64,000 nt of DNA from Syntrophaceae bacterium (GCA_018436925.1 JAHDKI010000012.1:4324-68323); one strand, 5' to 3'; shown: positions 27,730 through 37,166, counted from the stretch's first letter. Notes: a model not told the origin generated them from the letters alone. Program-made: numbers and translations.

Positions 27730-28376
27730 CGTTTCTCCGGCAGATAGACCGACGTGGTAAAACGCAGAGGCGACTCCGGCCTTCGGGCATTGGCCAAAAC
27801 CAGTTCGATGAGCACTCTGTGCGGCGCCCGGCCCTGATTGATGTAGCGCGTCGAATCCCATGTTTCATGCTCTCTTCCGTTCTCATCAAAAAACGTGAAG
27901 GCCAACGCCGTAATATCCGGGCAGATAATCACCCCGCCCGAAGGGGTTCTTCCGGGCTGCGGCCGCACACCGGCCGTGTCGGACCGCCACAGGGAAAAGC
28001 CCTGCCCGCCGGGATTCTCGCGGACAAAATAGCGGATCGACGCAGGGCTTCCGGAAACCTCATCCTCGCCGAACGCCAGATGCGCCGCCGACCAAACGGT
28101 CAGGTTTCCGAAGCGATCATTGCGGAAAAAATCCCGGTCCGCCACAAAAACATACTCCCCCGCATAGGGCAGCACGGCCGATAAATCACGCGTCATCCGG
28201 TCGAGCGCCACCCGGGCGGTTTTGTAGGACCGGGCGTCTTCGTCGATGTCGCGGGCGGTCGACAGCGTGGAGCTGTAGGCGCCGTAGATGCTGGCAAACA
28301 CCAGGCCGGAAATAAAAACGGCCAACAAAAGCTCCAAAAGCGTAAAGCCGGCTTTCCCGGCCGCGTGTTTCATCAT
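27726..28376 (-). CDS. gspJ: type II secretion minor pseudopilin GspJ
   Basis: Prepilin leader ending in G|FTLLELLLAVFISG. 216 aa. Confidence 0.7.
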   Translation of the reverse strand: MMKHAAGKAGFTLLELLLAVFISGLVFASIYGAYSSTLSTARDIDEDARSYKTARVALDRMTRDLSAVLPYAGEYVFVADRDFFRNDRFGNLTVWSAAHLAFGEDEVSGSPASIRYFVRENPGGQGFSLWRSDTAGVRPQPGRTPSGGVIICPDITALAFTFFDENGREHETWDSTRYINQGRAPHRVLIELVLANARRPESPLRFTTSVYLPEKR

Positions 28377-28382
28377 GATGCC

Positions 28383-28778
28383 TCACCTCGCAGCCGTCTT
28401 GTACAGCACCAGGGAATACACGCCCCCGCGGGCCATCACCGGATTGAAAACCGTGACCTCGATGCGTTTGAAGCCGGGAATCTGGGTGTCGCTGACGGCC
28501 AGACGCCAGGCATACTGCGGATAGTCGGGCCCGAAATCGCCCTGATCGGCTCGGCTGACCAGCGACGTCGAGGCTTCCATTTCGGCCATTTTGCTTTGCG
28601 CCAGCAGAGAAGCGGTCGTTTTGAACCTGACTTCAGAGGCCGTTGAAACGCTTTGCGACTGCAACTGAAAAACCGCCACGAGGGACGTCGCCAAAATGGC
28701 CATGGCGACCATGACCTCGATGAGCGTGAAGCCGTTTGACTTGTCGCGCCTTCGGGCGCCTTTATTTGGTCGGGTCAT
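28383..28778 (-). CDS. gspI: type II secretion minor pseudopilin GspI
   Basis: Prepilin signature NG|FTLIEVMVAMAIL. Start chosen at Met15 of the ORF. Confidence 0.65.
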   Translation of the reverse strand: MTRPNKGARRRDKSNGFTLIEVMVAMAILATSLVAVFQLQSQSVSTASEVRFKTTASLLAQSKMAEMEASTSLVSRADQGDFGPDYPQYAWRLAVSDTQIPGFKRIEVTVFNPVMARGGVYSLVLYKTAAR

Positions 28779-29310
28779 ACCCCAGTCCGTCGTCAAGCGA
28801 AATATCGGCATAGCGGTCATACACGCCCGTCACACCCAGAAACGGATTGACCGTGATCGTCATGAAGCGCTCCCCTTCGGCCAGATGCAGAACAAACGGC
28901 GGGCAGACATGGTTTTTGGAAAAGCGGAGCCGGACGAGGCCATCCTTAATTTTCTCATTTTTTCCGGTGACGATATCGGCCACGGAAACACCCGTCCCCA
29001 GTCCGCGGGCTTTTTTCTTCACCTCATCGACTTTTTCCGGCGTCATGTCGGCGCTCTCCACCCAGTAAAGGGATTGGCGCACATCAAGGCACAGGATCTG
29101 ATCAATCCCGTCGCGGACGGCATCCACCCGAAGCTGGCGCTCCAGGCCGACGATGCGCCTGGTCGCTTTCTTCAGATCATCGACGGTGATCGCGTCGCGA
29201 GTGGTCGGCACCGCCAGCGCGAAGACCACGCCGATCACCGCGATGACGACAACCAGTTCAATGAGCGTAAATCCCCGCTCACTCAATCTCCCAGTTGTTG
29301 ATGTCCGCAT
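28762..29310 (-). CDS. gspH: type II secretion minor pseudopilin GspH
   Basis: Prepilin signature RG|FTLIELVVVIAVIG. Start chosen at Met31 (MRTSTTG), which overlaps the gspG 3' end. The start is uncertain. Confidence 0.6.
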   Translation of the reverse strand: MRTSTTGRLSERGFTLIELVVVIAVIGVVFALAVPTTRDAITVDDLKKATRRIVGLERQLRVDAVRDGIDQILCLDVRQSLYWVESADMTPEKVDEVKKKARGLGTGVSVADIVTGKNEKIKDGLVRLRFSKNHVCPPFVLHLAEGERFMTITVNPFLGVTGVYDRYADISLDDGLGYDPTK

Positions 29311-29731
29311 CGAATCCCTCTCCGCCCGGCTCTCCGTCGGCCCCCAGGGAAACCAGATCAAAATCGCCGTGCGCGCCCGGGCTGATATAGACGAATTCAT
29401 TCTTCCAGGGATCCTTGGGCACCTTTCCTTTTTCCAGATAGCCCCCCGAACGCCAGCTTTTGGGCAGATTGCCGACCGTGGGCTGCTCGACGAGCGCCTT
29501 GAGGCCCTGCTCGGTGGACGGATACTGGGCGTTGTCGAGCTTGTACATTTTCAGCGCCGTCTCGAGACTCACGATCTGCGTCTTGGCCGTGCCCACCCGG
29601 GCTTTGTCCGACTCGCCGATAAAGCGCGGAATCGTAAGGCCGGCCAGAAGGCCCAGAATCACGATCACCACCATCAGCTCAATGAGCGTAAACCCGGCCT
29701 GCGGGTTTCTTTTCATTTTCTTCTGTTTCAT
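29279..29731 (-). CDS. gspG: type II secretion major pseudopilin GspG
   Basis: Starts MKQKKMKRNPQAG|FTLIELMVVIVILGLLA, with GspG core motifs (LDNAQYPSTEQGL, DPWKNEFVY). Confidence 0.9.
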   Translation of the reverse strand: MKQKKMKRNPQAGFTLIELMVVIVILGLLAGLTIPRFIGESDKARVGTAKTQIVSLETALKMYKLDNAQYPSTEQGLKALVEQPTVGNLPKSWRSGGYLEKGKVPKDPWKNEFVYISPGAHGDFDLVSLGADGEPGGEGFDADINNWEIE

Positions 29732-29759
29732 GTTTAACCCCTTTAAAGATATTGCGCGT

Positions 29760-30986
29760 TTACCGAACCAGCTGGTTCATTTCAAAAATCGGCAGCAGAA
29801 TCGAAAAAACGATAAAAGCCACCAAAAGGCCCATGACCAGAATCATGAGCGGCTCCAGAAGCGAGGTCATGATCATCACATCCGACTGGGCTTCCGTTTC
29901 ATAGGTTGTGGCGATGCGGTTGAGCATTTTTTCGAGCGATCCGGTCTGCTCTCCCACGGCGATCATTTCCGTAACCATCGGCGGGAAAAGGCCGCTTTGC
30001 GCCAGAGGCGCCGACAGGCTTTGCCCCTCTTCCACGTCTTTGGCCGCCTGCGCGATCACTTCGCCGATAAAGACGTTGTTGACGACATTGCGCACGATGT
30101 CCATCGCCGCCAGAAGCGGCACGCCGCTTTGCAAAAGCGTCGCCAGCGTCCGGGTAAAGCGCGCAATGGCGATTTTGCGGTTGACGCCGCCCCACACCGG
30201 CGCGCGCAGCCGCACGGCGTCCCAAAAACGGCGGCCGGATTGCGTTGCGGAAATAAAGTATTTGAAAGCGGCCGCACCCGCCGCCGCAACAAACAGAATC
30301 AGCCACCAAAACGACTTTAGAAACGAACTCACCCCGATCAGAATGAGGGTGATGACAGGCAGGGTTTGTTTCATGTCGGAAAAGATTTCGGTGATTCTCG
30401 GCACGACGAACGTCATCAACAGAAAGATAACCAGGGTTCCGACCAGGCCCATGACGAGCGGATAGGCCAAAGCGGAACGGATTTTGCTCAAAAGCGCCTG
30501 CTGTCCTTCGCTGAAATCCGCCAGCCGCTCCAAAACCAGGTTGAGCGTTCCGGAGGCTTCGCCGGCTTTGACCATATTGATGTAAAAAGGCGGAAACACG
30601 CGCGGAAAGGCTTCCAGACTGGCCGTCAGGCTCTTGCCTTCGTTGATGTCGCTGCGGACTTGGGCGAGGATTTTCGTTAAAACGGGATTTTTGGTCTGCG
30701 TCAGCAAAACGCCGAAAGACGGCACCAGCGGAATGCCGGCGCCCAAAAGCGTGGCCAACTGCCTTGTGAAAACGGCCACATCGGCGGGCGAAACATTGCG
30801 TCCCAGCGGCAGATCCGTCGCGACGGCCAGCGCCGATTCTTTCTTTTCGCGCGCCGGCGCGATGTCTACCGGATAGATCCCCCGTTCCCGGAGCATCTGC
30901 CTGGCAGCCTGCGCGCCGGTGGCATCCACAAATCCTTTGCGTTCGCGGCCTTTTTCATCCAGGGCCACGTATTCATAGACACTCAT
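29760..30986 (-). CDS. gspF: type II secretion inner-membrane platform protein GspF
   Basis: Start moved to MSVYEYVALDEKGRERKG. Two GspF repeats and three TM segments. Confidence 0.85.
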   Translation of the reverse strand: MSVYEYVALDEKGRERKGFVDATGAQAARQMLRERGIYPVDIAPAREKKESALAVATDLPLGRNVSPADVAVFTRQLATLLGAGIPLVPSFGVLLTQTKNPVLTKILAQVRSDINEGKSLTASLEAFPRVFPPFYINMVKAGEASGTLNLVLERLADFSEGQQALLSKIRSALAYPLVMGLVGTLVIFLLMTFVVPRITEIFSDMKQTLPVITLILIGVSSFLKSFWWLILFVAAAGAAAFKYFISATQSGRRFWDAVRLRAPVWGGVNRKIAIARFTRTLATLLQSGVPLLAAMDIVRNVVNNVFIGEVIAQAAKDVEEGQSLSAPLAQSGLFPPMVTEMIAVGEQTGSLEKMLNRIATTYETEAQSDVMIMTSLLEPLMILVMGLLVAFIVFSILLPIFEMNQLVR

Positions 30987-31128
30987 GCGTCTGGCTCCGT
31001 TTGACAAAGTTTTCCAACACGTCATCCCGATGGATGATGGCTTAACACACTTTGTCTCAGGATTCAATTCGTACCCGATCCCCTAAAAGAGGCGGGAAAT
31101 CCCCCTCCCCGGCGCAGGAAAACGGCGG

Positions 31129-31944
31129 CTATTTCAAATCCCTGATGCGGACGTCGATATCCTTTTCACCGGCTAAAAGCGAAACAAGCCGCGACGGGTC
31201 CGTTTCCCCGTAGTGATAAGGATACAGAATCTTCGGGCGGACGCTTCGGGCCGCATCGGCCGCCATCTCGGGGGTCATGGTGTAGGGCAGATTCATCGGC
31301 AGAAACGCGATGTCAATCTCTTTGATCTGTTTCATTTCCGGAATGTTTTCGGTGTCGCCGGCAATATAGACGCGCGTGTCGCCGAAGGTCACGATGTAGC
31401 CGTTGCCCACGCCTTTGGGATGAAAAGGCTTCCCCGGTTCCATCATGTGCTTGATGTTGTATGCCGGAACCGCTTCGATGGACAGGCCGTCCACCATCTT
31501 GCTCTCGCCGTTTTTCATGACCACGGCGCCGGGAAGCTGCCTGGACGCCGCCGAATTGCACACGATTTTCGTCGCTGGGGTTTTGACGGCGTCAACCGCC
31601 TTCAGATCCAGATGATCGTAGTGCTCGTGCGTAATCAGGACCAGATCCGCCTTGGGCATTTTGGCATAGTCCGCCTCGACGGAGACGGGATCAATATGGA
31701 TGGTCTTGCCCTTGAACGTCATCATCAGCGATCCATGGCCGACGAAGGTCATCACCAGGTCGCCTTCGGCCGTTTTAATGGTATCGGACTGCATGTTGCC
31801 CTCCTTCGCGCCCGCCGCCTGAGACAGAACCCCTGCCGCCAGCATCGCCAGGGCGATGAGCCGCAGACGTGTTTTGCCGGAGACGACCGCGCATTCGTGA
31901 TGGTTTTTTGGTTTAACGGTTTCGACATGCCCCGGCCGGTTCAT
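31129..31944 (-). CDS. secreted MBL-fold metallo-hydrolase
   Basis: HEHYDH (HxHxDH) motif and an N-terminal signal-like hydrophobic region. Confidence 0.7.
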   Translation of the reverse strand: MNRPGHVETVKPKNHHECAVVSGKTRLRLIALAMLAAGVLSQAAGAKEGNMQSDTIKTAEGDLVMTFVGHGSLMMTFKGKTIHIDPVSVEADYAKMPKADLVLITHEHYDHLDLKAVDAVKTPATKIVCNSAASRQLPGAVVMKNGESKMVDGLSIEAVPAYNIKHMMEPGKPFHPKGVGNGYIVTFGDTRVYIAGDTENIPEMKQIKEIDIAFLPMNLPYTMTPEMAADAARSVRPKILYPYHYGETDPSRLVSLLAGEKDIDVRIRDLK

Positions 31945-31961
31945 GACACTCTCCGCAACTT

Positions 31962-32609
31962 TCAGCGCGCGATGGCGTTCATCACCTTGGCGCTCATTTC
32001 CTCAACCTGCTCAAATCCCAGGTATTTCAGGTAGGCCTTGACGAATCCCTTGAGAAACACCGGCGCGGGCAGCCTGTCTTTGTCCGACGATTCGATCGCA
32101 TGCAGATAGTCGCTGCGCACTTTCGTTTCCGCCGCAATCTGTTCGACTTCCACGCAAAGCTCGCAACGGATCTCCTGAAGGTCCGCGCCGGTGATATCGG
32201 ACTGAGCCACGATCTGGGCAATGCGCGGGTTTTGCGCGATTTTGGCGCGCAGATCGCCGGACCGCTGCGTGGCCGGCCTGGGAGGGCCGCCGCGTCCGAT
32301 ATCAAACACCGAAACCGGTTTTTTCTGGGCCGGGCTGCCCGCGCCCGGCCGGGGCAAAAGCCCCCGCCGGATGAGTTCCGCGTCATAGGCCTGGCGCTTC
32401 TGATCGCTCGACAGCGTCAGATAGGCCTCTTCAATTCTGGCGAGAATGTCCTTTCTTTCCTCTTCGGAAAAGAAGGAATAACTCACCATCGATCCGGATT
32501 CGTACATCGCCAGCGCGTTTTGATAGGCGTGCCGGATTTCGAACAGGACGGCCTGCGGCTTGACGTCAAGCATTTCGTAATAGGTGAGCTCGGAAAATTT
32601 TCTATCCAT
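31962..32609 (-). CDS. J-like domain (no HPD) + RodZ-type helix-turn-helix protein
   Basis: Start moved to MDRKFSELTYYEMLDV with GGAGG 6 nt upstream. The J-domain-like helices (YYEMLDV...EEAYLTLSSDQKRQAYD) lack the HPD tripeptide. The C-terminal HTH is RodZ-like (LQEIRCELCVEVEQIAAETKVR..YL.AIE). Confidence 0.6.
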   Translation of the reverse strand: MDRKFSELTYYEMLDVKPQAVLFEIRHAYQNALAMYESGSMVSYSFFSEEERKDILARIEEAYLTLSSDQKRQAYDAELIRRGLLPRPGAGSPAQKKPVSVFDIGRGGPPRPATQRSGDLRAKIAQNPRIAQIVAQSDITGADLQEIRCELCVEVEQIAAETKVRSDYLHAIESSDKDRLPAPVFLKGFVKAYLKYLGFEQVEEMSAKVMNAIAR

Positions 32610-32646
32610 GCGTTCCTCCGATCGGCCGCCCGCGGGGCTTTTTGAC

Positions 32647-33627
32647 TTAAGAATAATGAATCTGCAGCTGCTGTCCGGATGTTTGCACGATGGACTTGCC
32701 CAACTGCCGCAGATCGACGGCGGTCTTGGTGTAGGGATAGCGATCCAGAAACGAAACGCGCGCGCAGATCGCATCATGAACGTGATCGTCAAAGGCGATA
32801 TTGCCGGCAAAATCGACCTGCAGCGCCAGATGCTTTTCGATGATCCGGCAGATCTGGCGGCCCAGATCCGGAGAGTCGTGCTTGCGCAGCTGATTGACCG
32901 CCAGCCTGAAGCGGAAGCGCTTAAAATCATCGGCCAGGCGCGCATACACATCGGCATAGCGGTCGCGGATCACCCGCATCATGCATTCGGGCTTATTGAG
33001 CGATCCGCCGCCGAAGGTCTCGTCCACCCGCTGCTCCAGCGTTTTGAAGTCCGTCACGGTGAAATACTGCCGCATCCGGCGGAAATAGATCGAACGGATC
33101 AGGCGGTAGACGTTTTCAATGGACGTGGGCTCCGGCGTGGTCACGAAAATGCCGTTTTCCGAAATCAGGAAAAAATCGAGCGTATTGAACGATGTGCCGG
33201 CCCCCAGATCCAGCAGGATATGATCGTAATCCAGACGGGATATGGCTTTGAGCGTTTTGATTTTCTGTTCGTAGGGAAGGTTGGCGATGTCCAGATTGTC
33301 GTGCGCGCCGCTGATGAGATAGAGATTTTCCACGGGCGTTTCGATGACCGTGTCTTCCAGAAGCGGAATCTTTTTGCGGATGAAATCCGAAAAGCACTTT
33401 TTCGGATACGGCACATCCACCAGGGTATGCAGATTCGCCGCCCCCAGATCCAGGTCGATCAGCAGCGTCCTTTTCCCCATCGCCGCCGACAGACGTCCGA
33501 GCGAACTGGTCAGGAAACTTTTACCGGACCCTCCCTTGCCTCCACCGATTGGCCAGACATGCCCCATAAGCTCCATCCGCCGGCTGATTTTTCCCCGTGT
33601 CATACACGACAAATCCCGAATATTCAA
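32647..33627 (-). CDS. MinD/ParA-family P-loop ATPase
   Basis: Deviant Walker A GGGKGGSGKS followed by LLIDLDLGAANLH. The start is uncertain: Met9, Met18 and Met21 are all possible, and full ORF limits are given. Confidence 0.7.
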   Translation of the reverse strand: MNIRDLSCMTRGKISRRMELMGHVWPIGGGKGGSGKSFLTSSLGRLSAAMGKRTLLIDLDLGAANLHTLVDVPYPKKCFSDFIRKKIPLLEDTVIETPVENLYLISGAHDNLDIANLPYEQKIKTLKAISRLDYDHILLDLGAGTSFNTLDFFLISENGIFVTTPEPTSIENVYRLIRSIYFRRMRQYFTVTDFKTLEQRVDETFGGGSLNKPECMMRVIRDRYADVYARLADDFKRFRFRLAVNQLRKHDSPDLGRQICRIIEKHLALQVDFAGNIAFDDHVHDAICARVSFLDRYPYTKTAVDLRQLGKSIVQTSGQQLQIHYS

Positions 33628-33688
33628 GCCATAAATGCATTTTTACCATCGCCGGCAAAGCGATTTGGTCCCCGGCGGGACATGCCCC

Positions 33689-33717
33689 TTGACTTTGCGG
33701 CACAGACCCTTTACAAA
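33689..33717 (+). promoter_or_regulatory. candidate sigma70 promoter for the spoIID-ampG-murU-amgK block
   Basis: TTGACT (33689-33694), 17-nt spacer, TACAAA (33712-33717), 40 nt upstream of the ATG at 33757. Confidence 0.35.
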
Positions 33718-33756
33718 CACGGCCGATATCAAATCTTGCGGCGCGGATGAGACGTC

Positions 33757-35079
33757 ATGATCGACAGCGAACCTCAGATTCTGGTGGCTCTCGCCTCCCG
33801 GATGACCAGGGCCTTTCCGGCCCTGAAGGGCGTTTTCCGTCTGCCCGACGGCCGACCCGTTTCGGGAGAGCTTTGCGCGTCGTCCAACGGACAAGCCGTC
33901 GTGCTTGCCGACGCGGCCGGAAAACCCGTTGCCGAGGGCTTGGAGATCCTCCTGACACCGGACGATCCCCGATCCTCTTATTTCACCGTCGCCGACGTCG
34001 CCATCGGCATCGACTTTCACTGGCAGCGAACCGAGTCCCAATCCTTTCGGGGCGACGCCCTTTTGCGCGCAGACAAAGACGGCACGATTTCGGTGTTAAA
34101 CCGGATCGGCCTGGAAGCGTATCTGGCCTCGGTCATCTCCTCGGAAATGTCCGCCCAGGCGCCGCCGGAATTTCTCAAAGCCCAGGCGGTTGCGGCCCGA
34201 AGCTGGCTTTGCGCGATGCTGGAAAAGAAAAAAACCCCGCGAAAAGCCTCTTCCTGCAGCGAGGGGGAAATCCTCCGCTGGCAGGACGTCAACGACCATG
34301 AAGGCTTCGATGTCTGCGCCGACGACCACTGCCAGCGATACCAGGGCATCACCAAAATCATCTCCGACAATGTCGCCCGCGCCGTCGGCGCCACGCACGG
34401 CGCCTTTCTGGTCCATCAGGATACAATCTGCGACGCCCGCTACTATAAATGCTGCGGCGGACGCACGGACGTTTTTGCCACGGCCTGGGAAGACGCAGAC
34501 TTCCCGTATCTGGCCTCGATTGCCGATTCCGACATCCCGCATCCGCCGATGACGTCCGAAGACGGCTGGGCCGCGTGGCTGGGCTCTTCTCCGGAGGCAT
34601 ACTGCAACACAAAAGATACGGACCTTCTGGCGCGTGTTCTGCCCGCGTTCGATCTGGAGACGCTTCATTTCTACCGCTGGCGCGTCGCCTACGACAAAGA
34701 TGAGCTCGAAGAGATCCTGCGCCGGAAATCGGGAATCGATTTCGGCGAGCTTCAGCATCTAAAGCCGCTTTCGCGCGGCCCGTCCGGCAGGATTTTCAAA
34801 CTTCAAATCGTCGGGACAAAGCGCACCGTGACCGTCGGCAAGGAGCTCGAAATCCGCAGGTGGCTTTCGCCCACGCACCTGTTGTCGAGCGCCTTTGTCG
34901 CGGCGACCGAGCATGACCCGAAAGGCAGGCTCACCCGATTCATCCTGCACGGCGGCGGCTGGGGACACGGGGTGGGCCTGTGCCAGATCGGCGCGGCGGT
35001 GATGGCGGAAAAAGGCTTCTCATCTGATAAGATTTTAGCGCATTATTTTCCCGGCGCCGAATTGAGGAAACTCTATTGA
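33757..35079 (+). CDS. SpoIID/LytB domain protein (peptidoglycan-cleaving / amidase-enhancer family)
   Basis: 440 aa with SpoIID-type segments (KAQAVAARSW, FDVCADDHCQRYQG, GGGWGHGVGLCQIGA). Confidence 0.8.
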   Translation: MIDSEPQILVALASRMTRAFPALKGVFRLPDGRPVSGELCASSNGQAVVLADAAGKPVAEGLEILLTPDDPRSSYFTVADVAIGIDFHWQRTESQSFRGDALLRADKDGTISVLNRIGLEAYLASVISSEMSAQAPPEFLKAQAVAARSWLCAMLEKKKTPRKASSCSEGEILRWQDVNDHEGFDVCADDHCQRYQGITKIISDNVARAVGATHGAFLVHQDTICDARYYKCCGGRTDVFATAWEDADFPYLASIADSDIPHPPMTSEDGWAAWLGSSPEAYCNTKDTDLLARVLPAFDLETLHFYRWRVAYDKDELEEILRRKSGIDFGELQHLKPLSRGPSGRIFKLQIVGTKRTVTVGKELEIRRWLSPTHLLSSAFVAATEHDPKGRLTRFILHGGGWGHGVGLCQIGAAVMAEKGFSSDKILAHYFPGAELRKLY

Positions 35080-36383
35080 ATAAAGAAGAATCCAGCGGCC
35101 TGACGGCGGAGGCCGGCAAAACGAGAAATCCCTGGCTGTGGGTGCCGTCCGTCTATCTGGCTGAAGGCGTTCCCTACATGATCGCCATGGCGGTGAGCGT
35201 CGTCCTGTACAAGAACCTGGGGCTATCCAACACTGAAATCGCCCTGTACACAAGCTGGCTGTACCTGCCCTGGGTCATCAAGCCGCTTTGGAGCCCGTTT
35301 GTCGATTTGCTGCGCACCAAGCGCTTCTGGATTGTCCTCACGCAGCTTTGCATCGGCGCCGCTTTCGCGGGCGTCGCGCTCACCCTTCCCGCTTCCGATT
35401 TCGTCCGCTATTCGCTGGCCATGTTCTGGATCATGGCCTTTTCGTCGGCCACGCACGACATCGCCGCCGACGGCTTTTACATGCTGGGGTTATCGACTCC
35501 ACAGCAGGCCGCGTTTGTGGGCGTCCGCACGGTTTTCTACCGCGTCGCCACCATCGCCTCCAAAGGCGGGCTGGTCATCCTCGCGGGTTTTTTAAAAGAA
35601 AGCGGCCATTCGGCGAGCGCCGCCTGGTCGATCACCTTTCTGGCCGCGGCGGCCGTTTTTCTGGCTTTGTGCCTGTATCATTTTTTCGTGCTGCCTTACC
35701 CCGCCGCCGATCACAGCGCGCCTTTGGCCAGGGGCCGGGGCGTCGTTCGGGAATATTTCCGCATTCTGACGCTTTTTTTCCGTCAAAAGGACATCGTCCT
35801 GATCATCGCGTTTCTGCTGTTTTACCGGTTTGCCGAAGCGCAGCTCGTCAAGATGGTCGCGCCGTTTTTACTCGACGCACGGGAAAAAGGCGGCCTGGGG
35901 CTTCTCACCTCGGAGGTCGGCCTGATCTACGGCACGATCGGCGTCGTCGCGCTCATGCTGGGCGGACTTCTGGGCGGCTGGGCCATCTACCGCAACGGAT
36001 TGAAATTCTGGCTGTGGCCGATGGTGATCGTCATGAATGTGCCGGATCTGATTTTTGTGTATCTTTCACACGCGCAGCCCGAAAGCGTCTGGCTTATCGG
36101 CGCGGCCCTCGCGGTGGAACAATTCGGCTACGGCTTCGGCTTCACCGCCTACACGATGTTCATGATCATGGTGTCGCAAGGCCAATACAAAACGGTTTTC
36201 TACGCGGTGGGCACCGGGATCATGGCGCTGGGCATGATGCTGCCGGCGATGGCCAGCGGCTGGATTCAGGAGCAGTTGGGCTATATCCATTTCTACTATT
36301 GGATTCTGCTGACGACGATTCCGGGATTTATCGTGGCGGCGCTGGTGAAGATTGATCCGGCGTTCGGAAAGAAAGAAGGGTAA
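35076..36383 (+). CDS. ampG: AmpG-family MFS muropeptide permease
   Basis: 435-aa polytopic MFS protein with an AmpG-like N-terminal region (GVPYMIA...LYLPWVIKPLWSPFVD). ATGA-type overlap with the upstream gene. Confidence 0.75.
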   Translation: MNKEESSGLTAEAGKTRNPWLWVPSVYLAEGVPYMIAMAVSVVLYKNLGLSNTEIALYTSWLYLPWVIKPLWSPFVDLLRTKRFWIVLTQLCIGAAFAGVALTLPASDFVRYSLAMFWIMAFSSATHDIAADGFYMLGLSTPQQAAFVGVRTVFYRVATIASKGGLVILAGFLKESGHSASAAWSITFLAAAAVFLALCLYHFFVLPYPAADHSAPLARGRGVVREYFRILTLFFRQKDIVLIIAFLLFYRFAEAQLVKMVAPFLLDAREKGGLGLLTSEVGLIYGTIGVVALMLGGLLGGWAIYRNGLKFWLWPMVIVMNVPDLIFVYLSHAQPESVWLIGAALAVEQFGYGFGFTAYTMFMIMVSQGQYKTVFYAVGTGIMALGMMLPAMASGWIQEQLGYIHFYYWILLTTIPGFIVAALVKIDPAFGKKEG

Positions 36384-36385
36384 GA

Positions 36386-36420
36386 GTTTCAAGTTTCAAG
36401 TTTCAAGTTTCACGTTTTCT
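36386..36420. repeat. 7-nt tandem array, 5 units (GTTTCAA x3, GTTTCAC, GTTTTCT)
   Basis: Read directly from the sequence. It fills almost the whole ampG-murU intergenic gap. Confidence 0.9.
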
Positions 36421-36440
36421 CAATGGCGGGAAAGGCGGGC

Positions 36441-37160
36441 ATGAAAACACCTCTCATTACAACGGCGTTTATTCTGGGGGCGGGACTGGGCACAAGGCTT
36501 CGGCCGCTGACGGAGTCGCTGCCCAAACCGCTATTGCCCGTGGGAGGCCGCCCTTTGATCACGTATGCGATGGACCATTTGCGGCAAGCCGGCGCGCGCC
36601 GATTCATCGTCAACACGCACCACCTGGCGCATTGTTATGCGGAGGCCTTCCCGGAGAAAACCTGGAAGGGCATTCCCATCACCTTCCGGCACGAACCGGT
36701 GCTGCTCGACACGGCCGGTGGCCTGAAGAACATTGAAGACCTGCTCGAAGACGAGGAGCGGATTTGGATCTATAACGGCGATATTCTCACCAATCTGCCG
36801 CTTGCGCCGCTTCTGGAGCGGCATATCGAGAAGCGCCCTCTTGCGACGCTGGCCCTGCGCTCCACCGGTCCGCTCGTCAATGTCGATATTGACTCGGACG
36901 GCTTTATCTGCGATATGAGAGGCGCGCTTGGCGCTCCGGGGGTCAGGCGCTGTCTGTTTGCCGGCATCGGCATTGTGGAAAAAAGCTTTTGGCAAAGACT
37001 GTCTCCGGGGCGCATCGAATCGGTGGTTTTGCCGCTGATTGAAAGCATCCGCCGCGATCCCCGCGCGGTGGCGGGGCTTGTCCTTGACGACGGCTTTTGG
37101 CACGACCTCGGAACACGCGAGGCCTACGATGAGATACAGACGTTTTTTCCGGGATCTTAA
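36441..37160 (+). CDS. murU: sugar-1-phosphate nucleotidyltransferase, MurU-like (MurNAc-1-P uridylyltransferase)
   Basis: GAGLGTRLRPLT nucleotidyltransferase motif, ~240 aa, adjacent to the AmgK-like kinase. Start chosen at the second Met (MKTPLITTAFILGAG); 36423 is also possible. Confidence 0.7.
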   Translation: MKTPLITTAFILGAGLGTRLRPLTESLPKPLLPVGGRPLITYAMDHLRQAGARRFIVNTHHLAHCYAEAFPEKTWKGIPITFRHEPVLLDTAGGLKNIEDLLEDEERIWIYNGDILTNLPLAPLLERHIEKRPLATLALRSTGPLVNVDIDSDGFICDMRGALGAPGVRRCLFAGIGIVEKSFWQRLSPGRIESVVLPLIESIRRDPRAVAGLVLDDGFWHDLGTREAYDEIQTFFPGS

Positions 37161-37166
37161 TCAGCC

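Noticed and set aside
17069-30986. Cluster as a type IV pilus system rather than a T2SS
   Set aside because: GspC (PDZ), GspK, GspL, GspM and GspN-like genes and a multi-N-domain secretin are present. No PilT-type retraction ATPase or PilN/O/P set is present.
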